From assembly GCA_030603395.1 (NCBI GenBank), contig JAUVXX010000001.1:29822-93821 (forward strand): a stretch of 64,000 bases of DNA. Direction: 5' to 3'. The stretch comes from a bacterium. GTDB taxonomy: Bacteria; Patescibacteriota; Minisyncoccia; Minisyncoccales; CG1-02-41-26. The notes below the pieces were generated by a model. That model was not told the DNA's origin. It made no database searches and worked only from the letters and a program-made list of their open reading frames with translations. A program made the translations under genes and the position numbers. Within the stretch, counting starts at the first letter, position 1, and every line of letters begins with the position of its first letter. Below, one piece after another: positions 1 to 9,425 of the stretch.

Positions 1-334
1 TTATTCTCCCGAACCCTAAAACTTTTTTAGTGAAAGACGGATAATAAAATCTTCTGCCGTTAGTATCCAGCTCTATAATCACCGGGGGAAATTTCTTTCT
101 GATGAAAGAGAGTATTTTAAAAAAATCGGGGTGAATTGTCGGCTCCCCACCGGTTAAAATGATTTTGTCATCAATGAGATTGCCGTCTTTGTCAAAAATT
201 TTAGCAGCAATAATTCTTCTTTTAAGCTTGGTAAAACTGTAATCCTCAAAAGGGTCCCTATCCTGAAAATCAGAAGGATTAGTGCACATTATGCACTTGC
301 TGTTGCATTTATTCCAAAGACAAATAACCGGCAT
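1..334 (-). CDS. Radical SAM protein, HxsC-like (5' part; runs off the window)
   Basis: Not in the ORF track. Manual translation from ATG at 334: MPVICLWNKCNSKCIMCTNP...ILTGGEPTIHPDF...LDTNGRRF, with CxxxCxxC, GGEP and TNG motifs; open to position 1. Confidence 0.88.
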   Translation of the reverse strand, partial: MPVICLWNKCNSKCIMCTNPSDFQDRDPFEDYSFTKLKRRIIAAKIFDKDGNLIDDKIILTGGEPTIHPDFFKILSFIRKKFPPVIIELDTNGRRFYYPSFTKKVLGFGRI

Positions 335-342
335 ATTTTATC

Positions 343-555
343 TTACTGTTCAATACCAAAAATAATCTCTCTTTCATCTTTGAGTTCTCCGATCGTTGCT
401 TCTCCTATGTTGTAGAATTTTGCTTTCTCTTTTAATTCTTGTTGAGCTCGAATTTTCGCCTCTTCTATACCAGAGCCCCTGACATAACCTAATACTTCAT
501 CGTGCTCCTGGCTCTGGTAAATAATAACATAGTTTTTGAGTTGTTTTTCGACCAT
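343..555 (-). CDS. Small hypothetical protein in the Hxs cluster
   Basis: 70-aa ORF tightly packed and co-oriented between rSAM genes. Confidence 0.7.
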   Translation of the reverse strand: MVEKQLKNYVIIYQSQEHDEVLGYVRGSGIEEAKIRAQQELKEKAKFYNIGEATIGELKDEREIIFGIEQ

Positions 556-571
556 ATTTTTTATTTATTAT

Positions 572-1492
572 TTATTTCATCGGCTTTAATTCTTTGTCTC
601 CATAGTTCTTAAGATAGTCCTTCCAAATTCCCTCGCATTTATCATAGAGTCGGCACCCTTGGCATCTTTTAGTTTTTGCTCGACCAACCACCTTGCGCGA
701 GCCCTCAACATCTCGGTTTTCAAAATCAGGGGCTAAATGTTCAGTGTGGAATATTTCCACTTCTTGTAATTCACTTACCTGGTCTAAATAATCAGTAAAG
801 TAGCAGAGGGGAACATAGCGGATAGCCCAGTGAGAAATTTTGTGCTTTTTGCCAATATCAAGACATTTGTGGATGTAAGAAGCTGCTTCTGAAATTTTTG
901 GAACAAATTTATAGAACCTATCATGGGCTGCCCCGTAAGAAGGGTCAACAAAAATAAATTCTGAATTTCTGATACCTAAATTATAAATAAGTTTTCCAAT
1001 CTGAGCAATGTATTTATAATTCTGTTTAACAATAGTGGTATTGGAGCCGATATTTTTCAACCCGACCTTTCTTACATTTTCTATTCCCTTTTTCAATTGG
1101 TTGAAACTGCCCTTTACTTGAGTCAAGAAATCATGGAGTTGGGCTGTATGGCCGTGAATAGAAAAGACTAGACTGTTTAAGCCAGCCTCCACTATTTTTT
1201 TAGCAAAGTTCCGATAAGAGTACATTCTGCCATTGGTTGACATCATTATTGTCTTGAAATCCTGTTCTTTGGCAAACTTTATCAAACCAACAATATCCGG
1301 TCTAATGCTCATCTCCCCTCCAACCAATTCTAAATAAGTTGTCCCTGAATTTCTGGCCTCAACCATTTCTTTTTTTATTTGTAAAGTTGTTTTTTCGGGG
1401 ATACTGTTTCTTTTATTAATATTAAGACAAAACTGGCAATTGTTATTACAGCGATAACCAGGGATAATAACGGTTTTTTTGATTTTGGGCAT
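572..1492 (-). CDS. Radical SAM protein, HxsC-like
   Basis: CNNNCQFC, GGE, STNGR, YVPLC; C-terminal CQGCRLYDKCEG. Confidence 0.9.
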   Translation of the reverse strand: MPKIKKTVIIPGYRCNNNCQFCLNINKRNSIPEKTTLQIKKEMVEARNSGTTYLELVGGEMSIRPDIVGLIKFAKEQDFKTIMMSTNGRMYSYRNFAKKIVEAGLNSLVFSIHGHTAQLHDFLTQVKGSFNQLKKGIENVRKVGLKNIGSNTTIVKQNYKYIAQIGKLIYNLGIRNSEFIFVDPSYGAAHDRFYKFVPKISEAASYIHKCLDIGKKHKISHWAIRYVPLCYFTDYLDQVSELQEVEIFHTEHLAPDFENRDVEGSRKVVGRAKTKRCQGCRLYDKCEGIWKDYLKNYGDKELKPMK

Positions 1493-1511
1493 AGCAATTA
1501 ACTTTTATTTA

Positions 1512-2372
1512 CTAAAGTTTAAATTCGTCTGTTCCATACAAATCTATATAACCCTTTAATACCCCGTCACATTTGGACTCGTAGGAACAATTTTGGCAAA
1601 GAGGGATTCTTATTTTGTCAGGATTTTTTTCAAGACAGGGAAAGAAATATTTTCGAGCATCTTTGAGAAGAGAGCAAGGTAAAAACTCCACCAATAAGAA
1701 CTTAGGAGAGAGGTTATCTTTATAATCTTTCAAGACATTAACTACATGTTGACCGAGCTCACTCATTCTCATTATAATCTTTTTATTGCGGGAGCGCCTG
1801 GAAAGAGGAGCGGCATTAAGAATATTTATTTCTTTTACCCCTAAACCACTGATTAGGTTTATCATCTTGGGAAGTTCAAGATAGTTTATTTTGTTTAAGA
1901 GCAGATTAACAATTAGGCTAAAACCTTTGTCTTTTAATTCTATAACATTTTTTATTCCTTTAACAGTTTGAAGAAAACTTCCCTTGGCTTGGGTCTGGCG
2001 ATCGTGCATTTGAGGAGTTGCCCCGTTAAGAGAGATAACTATTTGATTAACACCTATCCCCAATATTTTTTTAGCAAAATTTTTATAGCTAAGTAATCGC
2101 CCGTTGGTGGTGAAGCCGACCTGTTTAAAACCCAGTCCTTTGGCAAATCTCAACAGCTCAATAAAATCTTTTCTCAAAGTTGGCTCCCGACCCATAAAAT
2201 TAACAAAATCATAATGGGTTCTGACTTGAGAAATCTCTTTTTTAAGCTCTCCGGTGCTTTTTACCTTTAATCTCTCCATATATTCATCGGCTTCCGAACA
2301 AAAAATACAGTTGTTGTTGCAATTGTAGCCAATATAAATATAGGGACTAACTTTCATAATTTTAATAAACAT
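1512..2372 (-). CDS. Radical SAM protein, HxsC-like
   Basis: CNNNCIFC, GREPT, TTNGR; C-terminal CQNCSYESKCDG. Confidence 0.9.
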   Translation of the reverse strand: MFIKIMKVSPYIYIGYNCNNNCIFCSEADEYMERLKVKSTGELKKEISQVRTHYDFVNFMGREPTLRKDFIELLRFAKGLGFKQVGFTTNGRLLSYKNFAKKILGIGVNQIVISLNGATPQMHDRQTQAKGSFLQTVKGIKNVIELKDKGFSLIVNLLLNKINYLELPKMINLISGLGVKEINILNAAPLSRRSRNKKIIMRMSELGQHVVNVLKDYKDNLSPKFLLVEFLPCSLLKDARKYFFPCLEKNPDKIRIPLCQNCSYESKCDGVLKGYIDLYGTDEFKL

Positions 2373-3319
2373 TTATGCTTTTGAGCCAAAGCGACAATCT
2401 CCTTTGGGCCGTATAAATTTAGGTAGTCTTGCCATACTCCCCCGCATTCTTTAAAAAACCGGCATCTCTGGCAAATCTCTATCCGTTCTTTATGAATATC
2501 TGAATAGATATTTCCTTTTTCTTTTTCAAATCTCCTCGGTTGGTATCCCACCTGCTCAGCTGTGGTCTTTCTGCCCTCAGCCGTAATGAGAGTGGTGCGG
2601 GAATCATCTCTTAGTTCCGGCTTAAAAAGACAGAGGGGAAAATCAAAAAAGGTAATCAGGTTAAACTTATCTAAAATAGCTTCAAGGTTATTCAAGGTAA
2701 AGGATAAATCATTTATTTTCACCACCAAAGTTTTATAAAAATCTTTGGCATAACCATCGGGAATAAGGTCTAAAATGTTGAAAAACTTAATTTTTAGAGA
2801 AGAGAGGAGCTTCCCTAGCTGGGTGAGCTTCTGGTAATTCAGTCGGGAAACCACCGTATTGACGATAACGTTGGTGTTGGGAAGTTTTTGAACGTTCTTG
2901 ATTCCCTGAATGGTTTGCTGGAAACTTTTTGGGGTGCGAGTAATGGCGTTGTGAAGTTCTGCTCTTGGACCATAAAGAGAAAAATTAATTCGTTTTACTC
3001 CGCTTTTAATAATTTTTTTAGCAAAATCATTATAACTTAGCATCCTCCCGTTGGTGCTTAAGCCAATATCTTGATAACCCAAATCTTCAGCACGCTTTAC
3101 CAACTCTAAAATATCTTCTCTGATGGTCGGCTCACCTCCGGTAAATTCTACTCTTTTGAAGCCCTGCTTTATTCCTCTCTCTAAATCTTTGATTACTTCT
3201 TTGGTGCTTCTGTCATCATATTTCTTGCCCTTTGGCTTGGTGGTACACATAATGCAGTTATTATTGCAAGAAAAACCAAGCATAGCTAAGAATATCCGTC
3301 TTGAATTATTATTCTTCAT
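2354..3319 (-). CDS. Radical SAM protein, HxsC-like
   Basis: CNNNCIMC, TGGEPT, STNGR, FPLC; C-terminal CQRCRFFKECGG. Confidence 0.9.
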   Translation of the reverse strand: MKNNNSRRIFLAMLGFSCNNNCIMCTTKPKGKKYDDRSTKEVIKDLERGIKQGFKRVEFTGGEPTIREDILELVKRAEDLGYQDIGLSTNGRMLSYNDFAKKIIKSGVKRINFSLYGPRAELHNAITRTPKSFQQTIQGIKNVQKLPNTNVIVNTVVSRLNYQKLTQLGKLLSSLKIKFFNILDLIPDGYAKDFYKTLVVKINDLSFTLNNLEAILDKFNLITFFDFPLCLFKPELRDDSRTTLITAEGRKTTAEQVGYQPRRFEKEKGNIYSDIHKERIEICQRCRFFKECGGVWQDYLNLYGPKEIVALAQKHKCLLKL

Positions 3320-3324
3320 AAAAA

Positions 3325-4227
3325 TTAACTTTTAACCGGCTTAAATTCCTGCCAGCCAAAAATTTGGGGGTACTCTTTCCAGGGACCCTCGCAAACCCTA
3401 TAATGTTTGCATTTCGGACAGTCAGGACCCTTGGCTTTACCTTCTGTTTTACGATATTTGCCATAATCTTCTATAGACCAAGTGGCATCATAAACTGCTC
3501 CTTCGGGAATAATTTTTTCAGCAATATAATCCTCGTAATCTTTCATAAAACAATAAGGGATGGCTTCCGTCATAACAGATACTCCTGCGTCAATGCCAAT
3601 TTGCAGTCCTTTTTTAACGTAAGGCATAACCCTGGACTTTTGGGGAACAATCTCATCTATTAGTTTCGGACTGGAAAGAATCATTTGATTGATATGCACA
3701 AAAGCAAATTGAAATTGGTTTACTCCCAAATTTACCAAAAGTTTGGCAATCTGGGGAAGGTATTTGTAATTAGGTTTGGTAATTACCGTATTCATCAGAA
3801 TACGTTGACCTAAAGATTTGAGATTTTTTATGCCGGTGGTAGTCTGCTCAAAGCTTCCCGGAACCGTAGTTAAGCTGTCGTGGAGGTAAGCTGTGTGTCC
3901 GTGCAAAGCCAAAGCAAACTCATTAGCCCCTTTTTTAATCAGGGCTTGGCAGAAATCTTTATAAGCAAACATCCGGCCGTTAGTCTGGATTTGAATAACT
4001 TTAAACCCTAAATCTTTTGCATATTGAACGAGTTCCGGCAAATCTTTCCTGATGGTCGGTTCGCCTCCGGTAAAAACAACCCCGTCGTATTTTTTACACG
4101 TCTTCCTTAAAATCTCTTTGATTTGTTTGGTTGTTTTGTCGGAATATTTCTCTCTTTTGTTTCCCTGAACGCAAAACCGACACCGGTTATTGCATTGAAA
4201 TCCCAATTTAATATCAACGCGTTTCAT
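3325..4227 (-). CDS. Radical SAM protein, HxsC-like
   Basis: CNNRCRFC, TGGEPT, QTNGR, IPYC; C-terminal CPKCKHYRVCEG. Confidence 0.9.
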   Translation of the reverse strand: MKRVDIKLGFQCNNRCRFCVQGNKREKYSDKTTKQIKEILRKTCKKYDGVVFTGGEPTIRKDLPELVQYAKDLGFKVIQIQTNGRMFAYKDFCQALIKKGANEFALALHGHTAYLHDSLTTVPGSFEQTTTGIKNLKSLGQRILMNTVITKPNYKYLPQIAKLLVNLGVNQFQFAFVHINQMILSSPKLIDEIVPQKSRVMPYVKKGLQIGIDAGVSVMTEAIPYCFMKDYEDYIAEKIIPEGAVYDATWSIEDYGKYRKTEGKAKGPDCPKCKHYRVCEGPWKEYPQIFGWQEFKPVKS

Positions 4228-4254
4228 AGCTTTAATTATTTACTTTATTTTATT

Positions 4255-5352
4255 TTATTTAAATAGACGCCAGCACTGTGGATCTGGCAAAAACTGAGGC
4301 TCCTCCAGGTAGGTATCTTTCCAATAACTATAACTGACGCACTTTGCCCCTCCCCTACATTTATCAAAATAAGGGCAATCCTGACAGCGGATGTTTATGT
4401 TCTCGGGATTTCTTAGTTTTTTAAGCTCCCGGGAATTATAAAATATTTCTTCCAAGGACTGCTTTAGAACATTTCCCACGTAGATTGGCAGCCTTCGGCA
4501 GGGGTAAACATCCCCATTGGGCAGAATAGTCAAAGAAGAATATCCGGCCACGCAAGTGTTAGCCGGATAACTTTCCTGGGCTAAAATTCCGTCTTCGCAG
4601 CCTATTTCTAATCTTAATTTTGCTTTCTGCTCTTTTAATTTTTTCTGCGCTCTTAAAGTATAAAGGTACAGCTCTTTTGTTTCTCGGGGAGATAGCATTA
4701 ATTTTTTCATTTGTTTGCCCCTGCCCAAAGGAATAAATCTTCTTAAGCCCAAGCCATTTACTCCCAGATCTCTGGCTAATTGAATTATCTGGGGAACGTC
4801 CCCTAAATTCTGTCTGGTTATAGTCACGGAAATACTGGTGGGAATTTTGTTTTCAACCAGTAATTTTATCGCTTCTATTATTTTTCTAAAAGTTCCCCTG
4901 CCTCGAATTCCATCATTTTTCTCCTCTGTCCCCTCCAGGCTTACCTGGGCATAATCTATTTTTAGTTTTTTAAGTTTGGCTGTTTTTTCTTTATTGAGCA
5001 GAGTGCCGTTAATAAGAATTCCGTACCTGGTTTTCTTTCTATTTTGAAAACATTTCTCTAAAAATTTAAAGAAATCCGCTCTGACCATTGGCTCACCCCC
5101 GGTAATAGAGATTCTCGAGCTTTCACGGAGAAGCTTCCACTTCCTGACAAGCTTGACGTAGTCATTGAGAGTTTTGAAAAGCTGGCTCAAGGAAAGTTCA
5201 TTTTTAAGAAATTTCGGGTCAAAATAGCAGTGGCGGCAAGTCAAATTACACCTTTCGGTAATATGCCATTGGAGATGAAAAGAGGAAGGTTTGTATTCAG
5301 CAAACATTGTTTCTTCTCTTGAAATAATAACATCTCTCAATCTTTTTAACAA
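4255..5352 (-). CDS. Radical SAM/SPASM domain protein
   Basis: CNLTCRHC, TGGEP; SPASM motifs CVAG...GDVYPC...CQDCPYFDKCRGGAKC...DPQC. Confidence 0.92.
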   Translation of the reverse strand: MLKRLRDVIISREETMFAEYKPSSFHLQWHITERCNLTCRHCYFDPKFLKNELSLSQLFKTLNDYVKLVRKWKLLRESSRISITGGEPMVRADFFKFLEKCFQNRKKTRYGILINGTLLNKEKTAKLKKLKIDYAQVSLEGTEEKNDGIRGRGTFRKIIEAIKLLVENKIPTSISVTITRQNLGDVPQIIQLARDLGVNGLGLRRFIPLGRGKQMKKLMLSPRETKELYLYTLRAQKKLKEQKAKLRLEIGCEDGILAQESYPANTCVAGYSSLTILPNGDVYPCRRLPIYVGNVLKQSLEEIFYNSRELKKLRNPENINIRCQDCPYFDKCRGGAKCVSYSYWKDTYLEEPQFLPDPQCWRLFK

Positions 5353-5358
5353 CTGTTA

Positions 5359-5386
5359 TTGACAAATTTTTCTGAAGATGTATAAT
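5359..5386 (+). promoter_or_regulatory. Sigma70 promoter for the beta-barrel-like gene
   Basis: TTGACA-16 nt-TATAAT; AAAGGA RBS at 5423-5428 precedes ATG 5435. Confidence 0.7.
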
Positions 5387-5434
5387 GAACTAAAAATAAA
5401 AAGCTCTTTAATAATTAGAGCGAAAGGAATAGCA

Positions 5435-6190
5435 ATGAAAAAGATTATAGGGATGATAGGAATTGTAGTAGTGATGATGCTTTTGGTGCTTTGTTTAGTG
5501 CCAAAAGCGGAAGCAAGAACAATAGGACTGTTGGTGGGTCCTAGTCTAAATCTTGAGGGACTAAATGATGTTCTTGGTGTCTTGAACAAAGAGCTAGGAG
5601 CGGATTTTAGCCTTAAAGAAGGACTAATGTATTCATTGGTCCTTAAGGGAGATTGGGTTACCCCGGTCTGGCGTAAAGGGATTGACTTCTCTGTTTGCCA
5701 GGCCAAGGCAGAAGACACTATCATGGGTTCCTGGGTTGGGAACCAAAGAGAGAAAATTGGGATTGAGATAGGAGTCTTGATTATGCCAATTTTTTTCACC
5801 AGAACATATGAGCCGAAAGGCAAGGGAAAAATATCGACTCGTCTGGGATTAGGGTTGGGAGGGGTTGTCACCCTCGTAAATATTTCCCAAGAAAAAACGA
5901 CTTTTTTTTGGGATCAGGATGGCAATCTTCAGGAGACAAAGCAAAGCTCAAGCAAAAGCCTGATTCTACCGTCTTTTGGTGTCCAGCTCTCAGCTGGACT
6001 TGAGTATAGGCTGGGAAAGAATGACGGGGAGTATGATTGGTCCAGAAAGAGAAAAAGTATTTTGCTGGAAGTAAGATATATTTCCAGCACGATAGAAATT
6101 CGAGACCCAGAGGCAAAACCCAATCCGATGGAAATTAGTGTCGAAATGAGTGAATTTTCTTTGAGGATGGGATTTATCACAGAGTTTTAA
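5435..6190 (+). CDS. Secreted outer-membrane beta-barrel-like protein
   Basis: Signal peptide MKKIIG...AEA, amphipathic strands (GVQLSAGLEYRL, ILLEVRY, FSLRMGFITEF) and terminal Phe. Start moved from 5378 to 5435 on promoter and RBS evidence. Confidence 0.6.
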   Translation: MKKIIGMIGIVVVMMLLVLCLVPKAEARTIGLLVGPSLNLEGLNDVLGVLNKELGADFSLKEGLMYSLVLKGDWVTPVWRKGIDFSVCQAKAEDTIMGSWVGNQREKIGIEIGVLIMPIFFTRTYEPKGKGKISTRLGLGLGGVVTLVNISQEKTTFFWDQDGNLQETKQSSSKSLILPSFGVQLSAGLEYRLGKNDGEYDWSRKRKSILLEVRYISSTIEIRDPEAKPNPMEISVEMSEFSLRMGFITEF

Positions 6191-6195
6191 GAAAA

Positions 6196-6235
6196 AAATT
6201 CTCCCCGACTTGGTTTAATCAAGCGGGGAGAATTT
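6196..6235 (+). terminator. Intrinsic terminator-like hairpin between convergent genes
   Basis: AAATTCTCCCCG...CGGGGAGAATTT stem just after the stop at 6190. Confidence 0.65.
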
Positions 6236-6256
6236 ATATAGGTTTTAGTGATTTGT

Positions 6257-6284
6257 AACCCGTTAGATGAGAGTCCAACGGGTT
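6257..6284. repeat. Palindromic element AACCCGTT...AACGGGTT
   Basis: Inverted repeat in the convergent intergenic gap. Confidence 0.5.
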
Positions 6285-6297
6285 TTATAATAGATTC

Positions 6298-6933
6298 TTA
6301 GTAAAAAAACTCATTCTCATTTAAATCTATTATCCCCGTTATAAATTCTATGGCAATTGTTTCTCCTATTAAATTCTTTAAAGGTTTGAAACATTTTCTC
6401 TCCTGGGTCCTGTCAACCCACTCTTGAGTGACTTCCTGTTCTTTTATGACCAGAGTAATTAAGTAATAATCGCCAGACAAGGGTTGCCAAACAAACATGT
6501 CAGAAGAATTTAGGGGAACCCGACAATCTTTTTCTGGAGATCTTACTGCCTCATCTATTATTTCAGCAATTTCAATATTGCAACTTCTTATTTGACCCAT
6601 AGAAACCTTTTCTTCCGGATAAAACTTGTCTAAATTAGCGGTCTGGTAAGCGGGACCGAACTCGCAAGAGATTTCACAGTCAGGCCACTTCTTAACAATA
6701 TGAACTAAGTTAATCAGGGAGTTTTCGTTTAATACCGAAGGTCCGAATGCTTCTCTAAGAGGTCCTGTATGATTAAAGATTATCTTATTAATTCTTTCGT
6801 TGCTGGTAATTCGTGGTATAATTTCAACTGAAGGTTCTCTCCGGGCAGAATAATAAATAAGCAATAGAGCAACTATGTCCACCACAAAGAAGATGCCCGC
6901 TATGAGTATTAAAATTTTAAGTTTTTTGCTCAT
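6298..6933 (-). CDS. Hypothetical protein with N-terminal membrane anchor
   Basis: Basic N-terminus, hydrophobic helix, then a soluble Cys-containing domain. Confidence 0.75.
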   Translation of the reverse strand: MSKKLKILILIAGIFFVVDIVALLLIYYSARREPSVEIIPRITSNERINKIIFNHTGPLREAFGPSVLNENSLINLVHIVKKWPDCEISCEFGPAYQTANLDKFYPEEKVSMGQIRSCNIEIAEIIDEAVRSPEKDCRVPLNSSDMFVWQPLSGDYYLITLVIKEQEVTQEWVDRTQERKCFKPLKNLIGETIAIEFITGIIDLNENEFFY

Positions 6934-6976
6934 ATTTTGAATATAAAGCTTTTTTGCCTTGTAACCTTTAAATAAA

Positions 6977-8458
6977 ATGATAACTTATTTCAGAGATATC
7001 CAGACAAAAAAACATAAAAAGATTGCCGCAGATTATCTTGAAAATAAATATTTTGTTTTTGAGATAGCGAAGACAAAATTTCTAATTACAACGAGGCATC
7101 GCTCTTGGGTTATTCTTTCTAAAAAAGAATATAAACTTCTTCTCAATCATAGGGTTCATCAGAACCCCAAGCTCTTTAAGATATTATCCGGACTCAATGT
7201 TATCTATATTAAAGATAACATATCAGAGGTAATTCAACAATACAAAAATAAATACCATTACCTAAGTCGTCCTCCGACGCTGAATATTATGGTGCCAACC
7301 TTGCGCTGTAATTTAAAATGTGATTACTGCCATTCTCTTTCCGGTCCAAATGTTAGAAAAAAAGATATGACTGAATCTTTAGTTAAAAAGACGATTGATT
7401 TTATTTTTACCATACCTCATCAGTCCAAAAAAGTTCATATAGAGTTTCAGGGAGGAGAACCGCTCTTAAGATGGGATATTGTAAAGTACAGTATAAAATA
7501 CGCAAAAGAAAAATCAAAAAAGATGAAATTTCGGCCTCCTTCTTTTTCTCTGACCACGAATCTCGCATTAATGAACGAGAAAATAGCAGAAGACATAGCC
7601 CGCTATAATTCAAATACAACCTCCTTTAAGATTAATATTTCTCTCGATGGCCCGGAAAAAATTCATGATTCTCAAAGGAAACATTGCGACGGAGAGGGAA
7701 GCTACAAAAAAGTTATTCACTGGCTTGATATTTTGAAGAAGAAATATAAAATCTCTCCCTCGGTGATATCGGTAATAACTCAAAACAGCTTAAATCACGA
7801 AAAAGAAATTATTGACGAATTAATAAAACATAATTTAAGGAACTTCAAATTTTTACCCGTTAGTTTAACGGGTAGACTCTACAATAAACATCAAGAAAAA
7901 AAAGATAATCTTTCTATTTCTCCTGAAGAATTTTTTAATTTTTGGAAGAACTCATTAGAATATATTTTAAAGTTAAATAAAAAAGGAATTAAAGTTAAAG
8001 AACAAATTACCCTTTTTCTTTTATCAAATATCTTGTCTTTAAGGGCAGATTATATGTGCGCAAGAAAACCCTGTGGAGCAGGCATTTCTCAGTTAGAGTT
8101 TGGTTGCGACGGAACAATTCATGCCTGCGACGGAGGAAAAAACATAAAAGAGTTGGAACTGGGCAATGTAAATACTCACCGCTACGAAGATATAACAATG
8201 TCAAAAATCGTTTCTCAATTAAGGTCCATCCGAAGCGAAAACTTACCCATCTGCTCTGATTGTCCCTGGGGCCCATATTGCGGGTATTGCGTCGCTCGAG
8301 GCATTAACCAACACGGCCAACTCAGACCCAAAATACCAGAGGACTATGACTGCCAATTATACAGCCGGATGATTCCTTATCTGTTTAGGGGATTTTTAGG
8401 TAAGGAACGAGCTCAAATTTTTTCTAAATGGGTTAACAATTTACTTGAGGGTTTTTGA
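6977..8458 (+). CDS. HxsB-like radical SAM/SPASM maturase (second copy)
   Basis: TLRCNLKCDYCH, IEFQGGEPL, SLDGP, RKPCGAGISQL, CDGG, CSDCPWGPYCGYC; colinear with 17972-19393. Confidence 0.88.
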   Translation: MITYFRDIQTKKHKKIAADYLENKYFVFEIAKTKFLITTRHRSWVILSKKEYKLLLNHRVHQNPKLFKILSGLNVIYIKDNISEVIQQYKNKYHYLSRPPTLNIMVPTLRCNLKCDYCHSLSGPNVRKKDMTESLVKKTIDFIFTIPHQSKKVHIEFQGGEPLLRWDIVKYSIKYAKEKSKKMKFRPPSFSLTTNLALMNEKIAEDIARYNSNTTSFKINISLDGPEKIHDSQRKHCDGEGSYKKVIHWLDILKKKYKISPSVISVITQNSLNHEKEIIDELIKHNLRNFKFLPVSLTGRLYNKHQEKKDNLSISPEEFFNFWKNSLEYILKLNKKGIKVKEQITLFLLSNILSLRADYMCARKPCGAGISQLEFGCDGTIHACDGGKNIKELELGNVNTHRYEDITMSKIVSQLRSIRSENLPICSDCPWGPYCGYCVARGINQHGQLRPKIPEDYDCQLYSRMIPYLFRGFLGKERAQIFSKWVNNLLEGF

Positions 8459-9395
8459 TTTGTAAGAATTTATAAACTAAGCAGCTGCCGTGACACTGTT
8501 TTCTCTTTTTAAAGAGACAATCTTTACATTCTGGGAATAAATCTATCTCCCACCTCAATTTGTCAAGGAGTTTTTTATAATAATCAATTATTTCTTTCTC
8601 GCTTTTGAAAGTATCTAAGGGAGGCCCCTCAATACCTAAGGCAATGCAGGGCAATAGTGTTTTGGCGGGTGTTATTGCATAACTACTTTTTCCGGCTCCG
8701 CAAATACCTCGCAGCCCGATATTTTTGATTAAAAATGCCCTTTCTTTTTCGGAAAAAAAACATAGAGGAAACGGTTCAGCAAGTTGACATTTGATATTTT
8801 GTCTTAACAAATCTTTTGTCAATTGTAAAATATATCTGGAAAAACCTTTTAAGTTCTCTTTTTTAATGTGCTCATTTTGATTAAAACTTGAAGGAAAAAC
8901 GGGAGTAAACTCTACATAATGAATGTCTAATTTTTTGCAGGCACCTATAATATAATTATAGGAAACATCAGGAGAAATAATATTAAACCTAAAGCCGAGG
9001 TTTTTGGTAATTTTTCTTATGTTTTTTAAATTAGAATATAGAGTTTCTAACTCTTGGGGGGAATATTCTGAGGGAGGGTTGAAATTAACCAAGAAGGAAA
9101 ATATAGCCGGAGATTCAATATTGATTTTTTTTATATCAAAGATTCCGTTGGTATAAAGCAGTATTTTCAAACCATACTTTTCAGCCAATTTTAAGGCAGA
9201 ATCTATTTTACTAAATAAAGTGGGCTCTCCTCCGTTAAAGCCAATCACCTCTTTGATTCCTTGCTTATTGAACCATTTGAAAACAGTTTCAAGTTTCTCT
9301 AAAGAAATTTCTCGGGGCCATTTTTTTAAAAATCCTTTGGCAAAACAATAACGACAATTTCTATTACAAAAATAACTAAGATTAATCTGTCTCAT
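8433..9395 (-). CDS. Radical SAM/SPASM domain protein
   Basis: CNRNCRYC, GGEPT, TNG, FPLC, CGAG, LPC, CKDC..CHGSC; lies directly downstream of the long precursor. Confidence 0.9.
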   Translation of the reverse strand: MRQINLSYFCNRNCRYCFAKGFLKKWPREISLEKLETVFKWFNKQGIKEVIGFNGGEPTLFSKIDSALKLAEKYGLKILLYTNGIFDIKKINIESPAIFSFLVNFNPPSEYSPQELETLYSNLKNIRKITKNLGFRFNIISPDVSYNYIIGACKKLDIHYVEFTPVFPSSFNQNEHIKKENLKGFSRYILQLTKDLLRQNIKCQLAEPFPLCFFSEKERAFLIKNIGLRGICGAGKSSYAITPAKTLLPCIALGIEGPPLDTFKSEKEIIDYYKKLLDKLRWEIDLFPECKDCLFKKRKQCHGSCLVYKFLQIKNPQVNC

Positions 9396-9425
9396 TTAAT
9401 AAAAAGGCTGAAGATATTAACTCTA

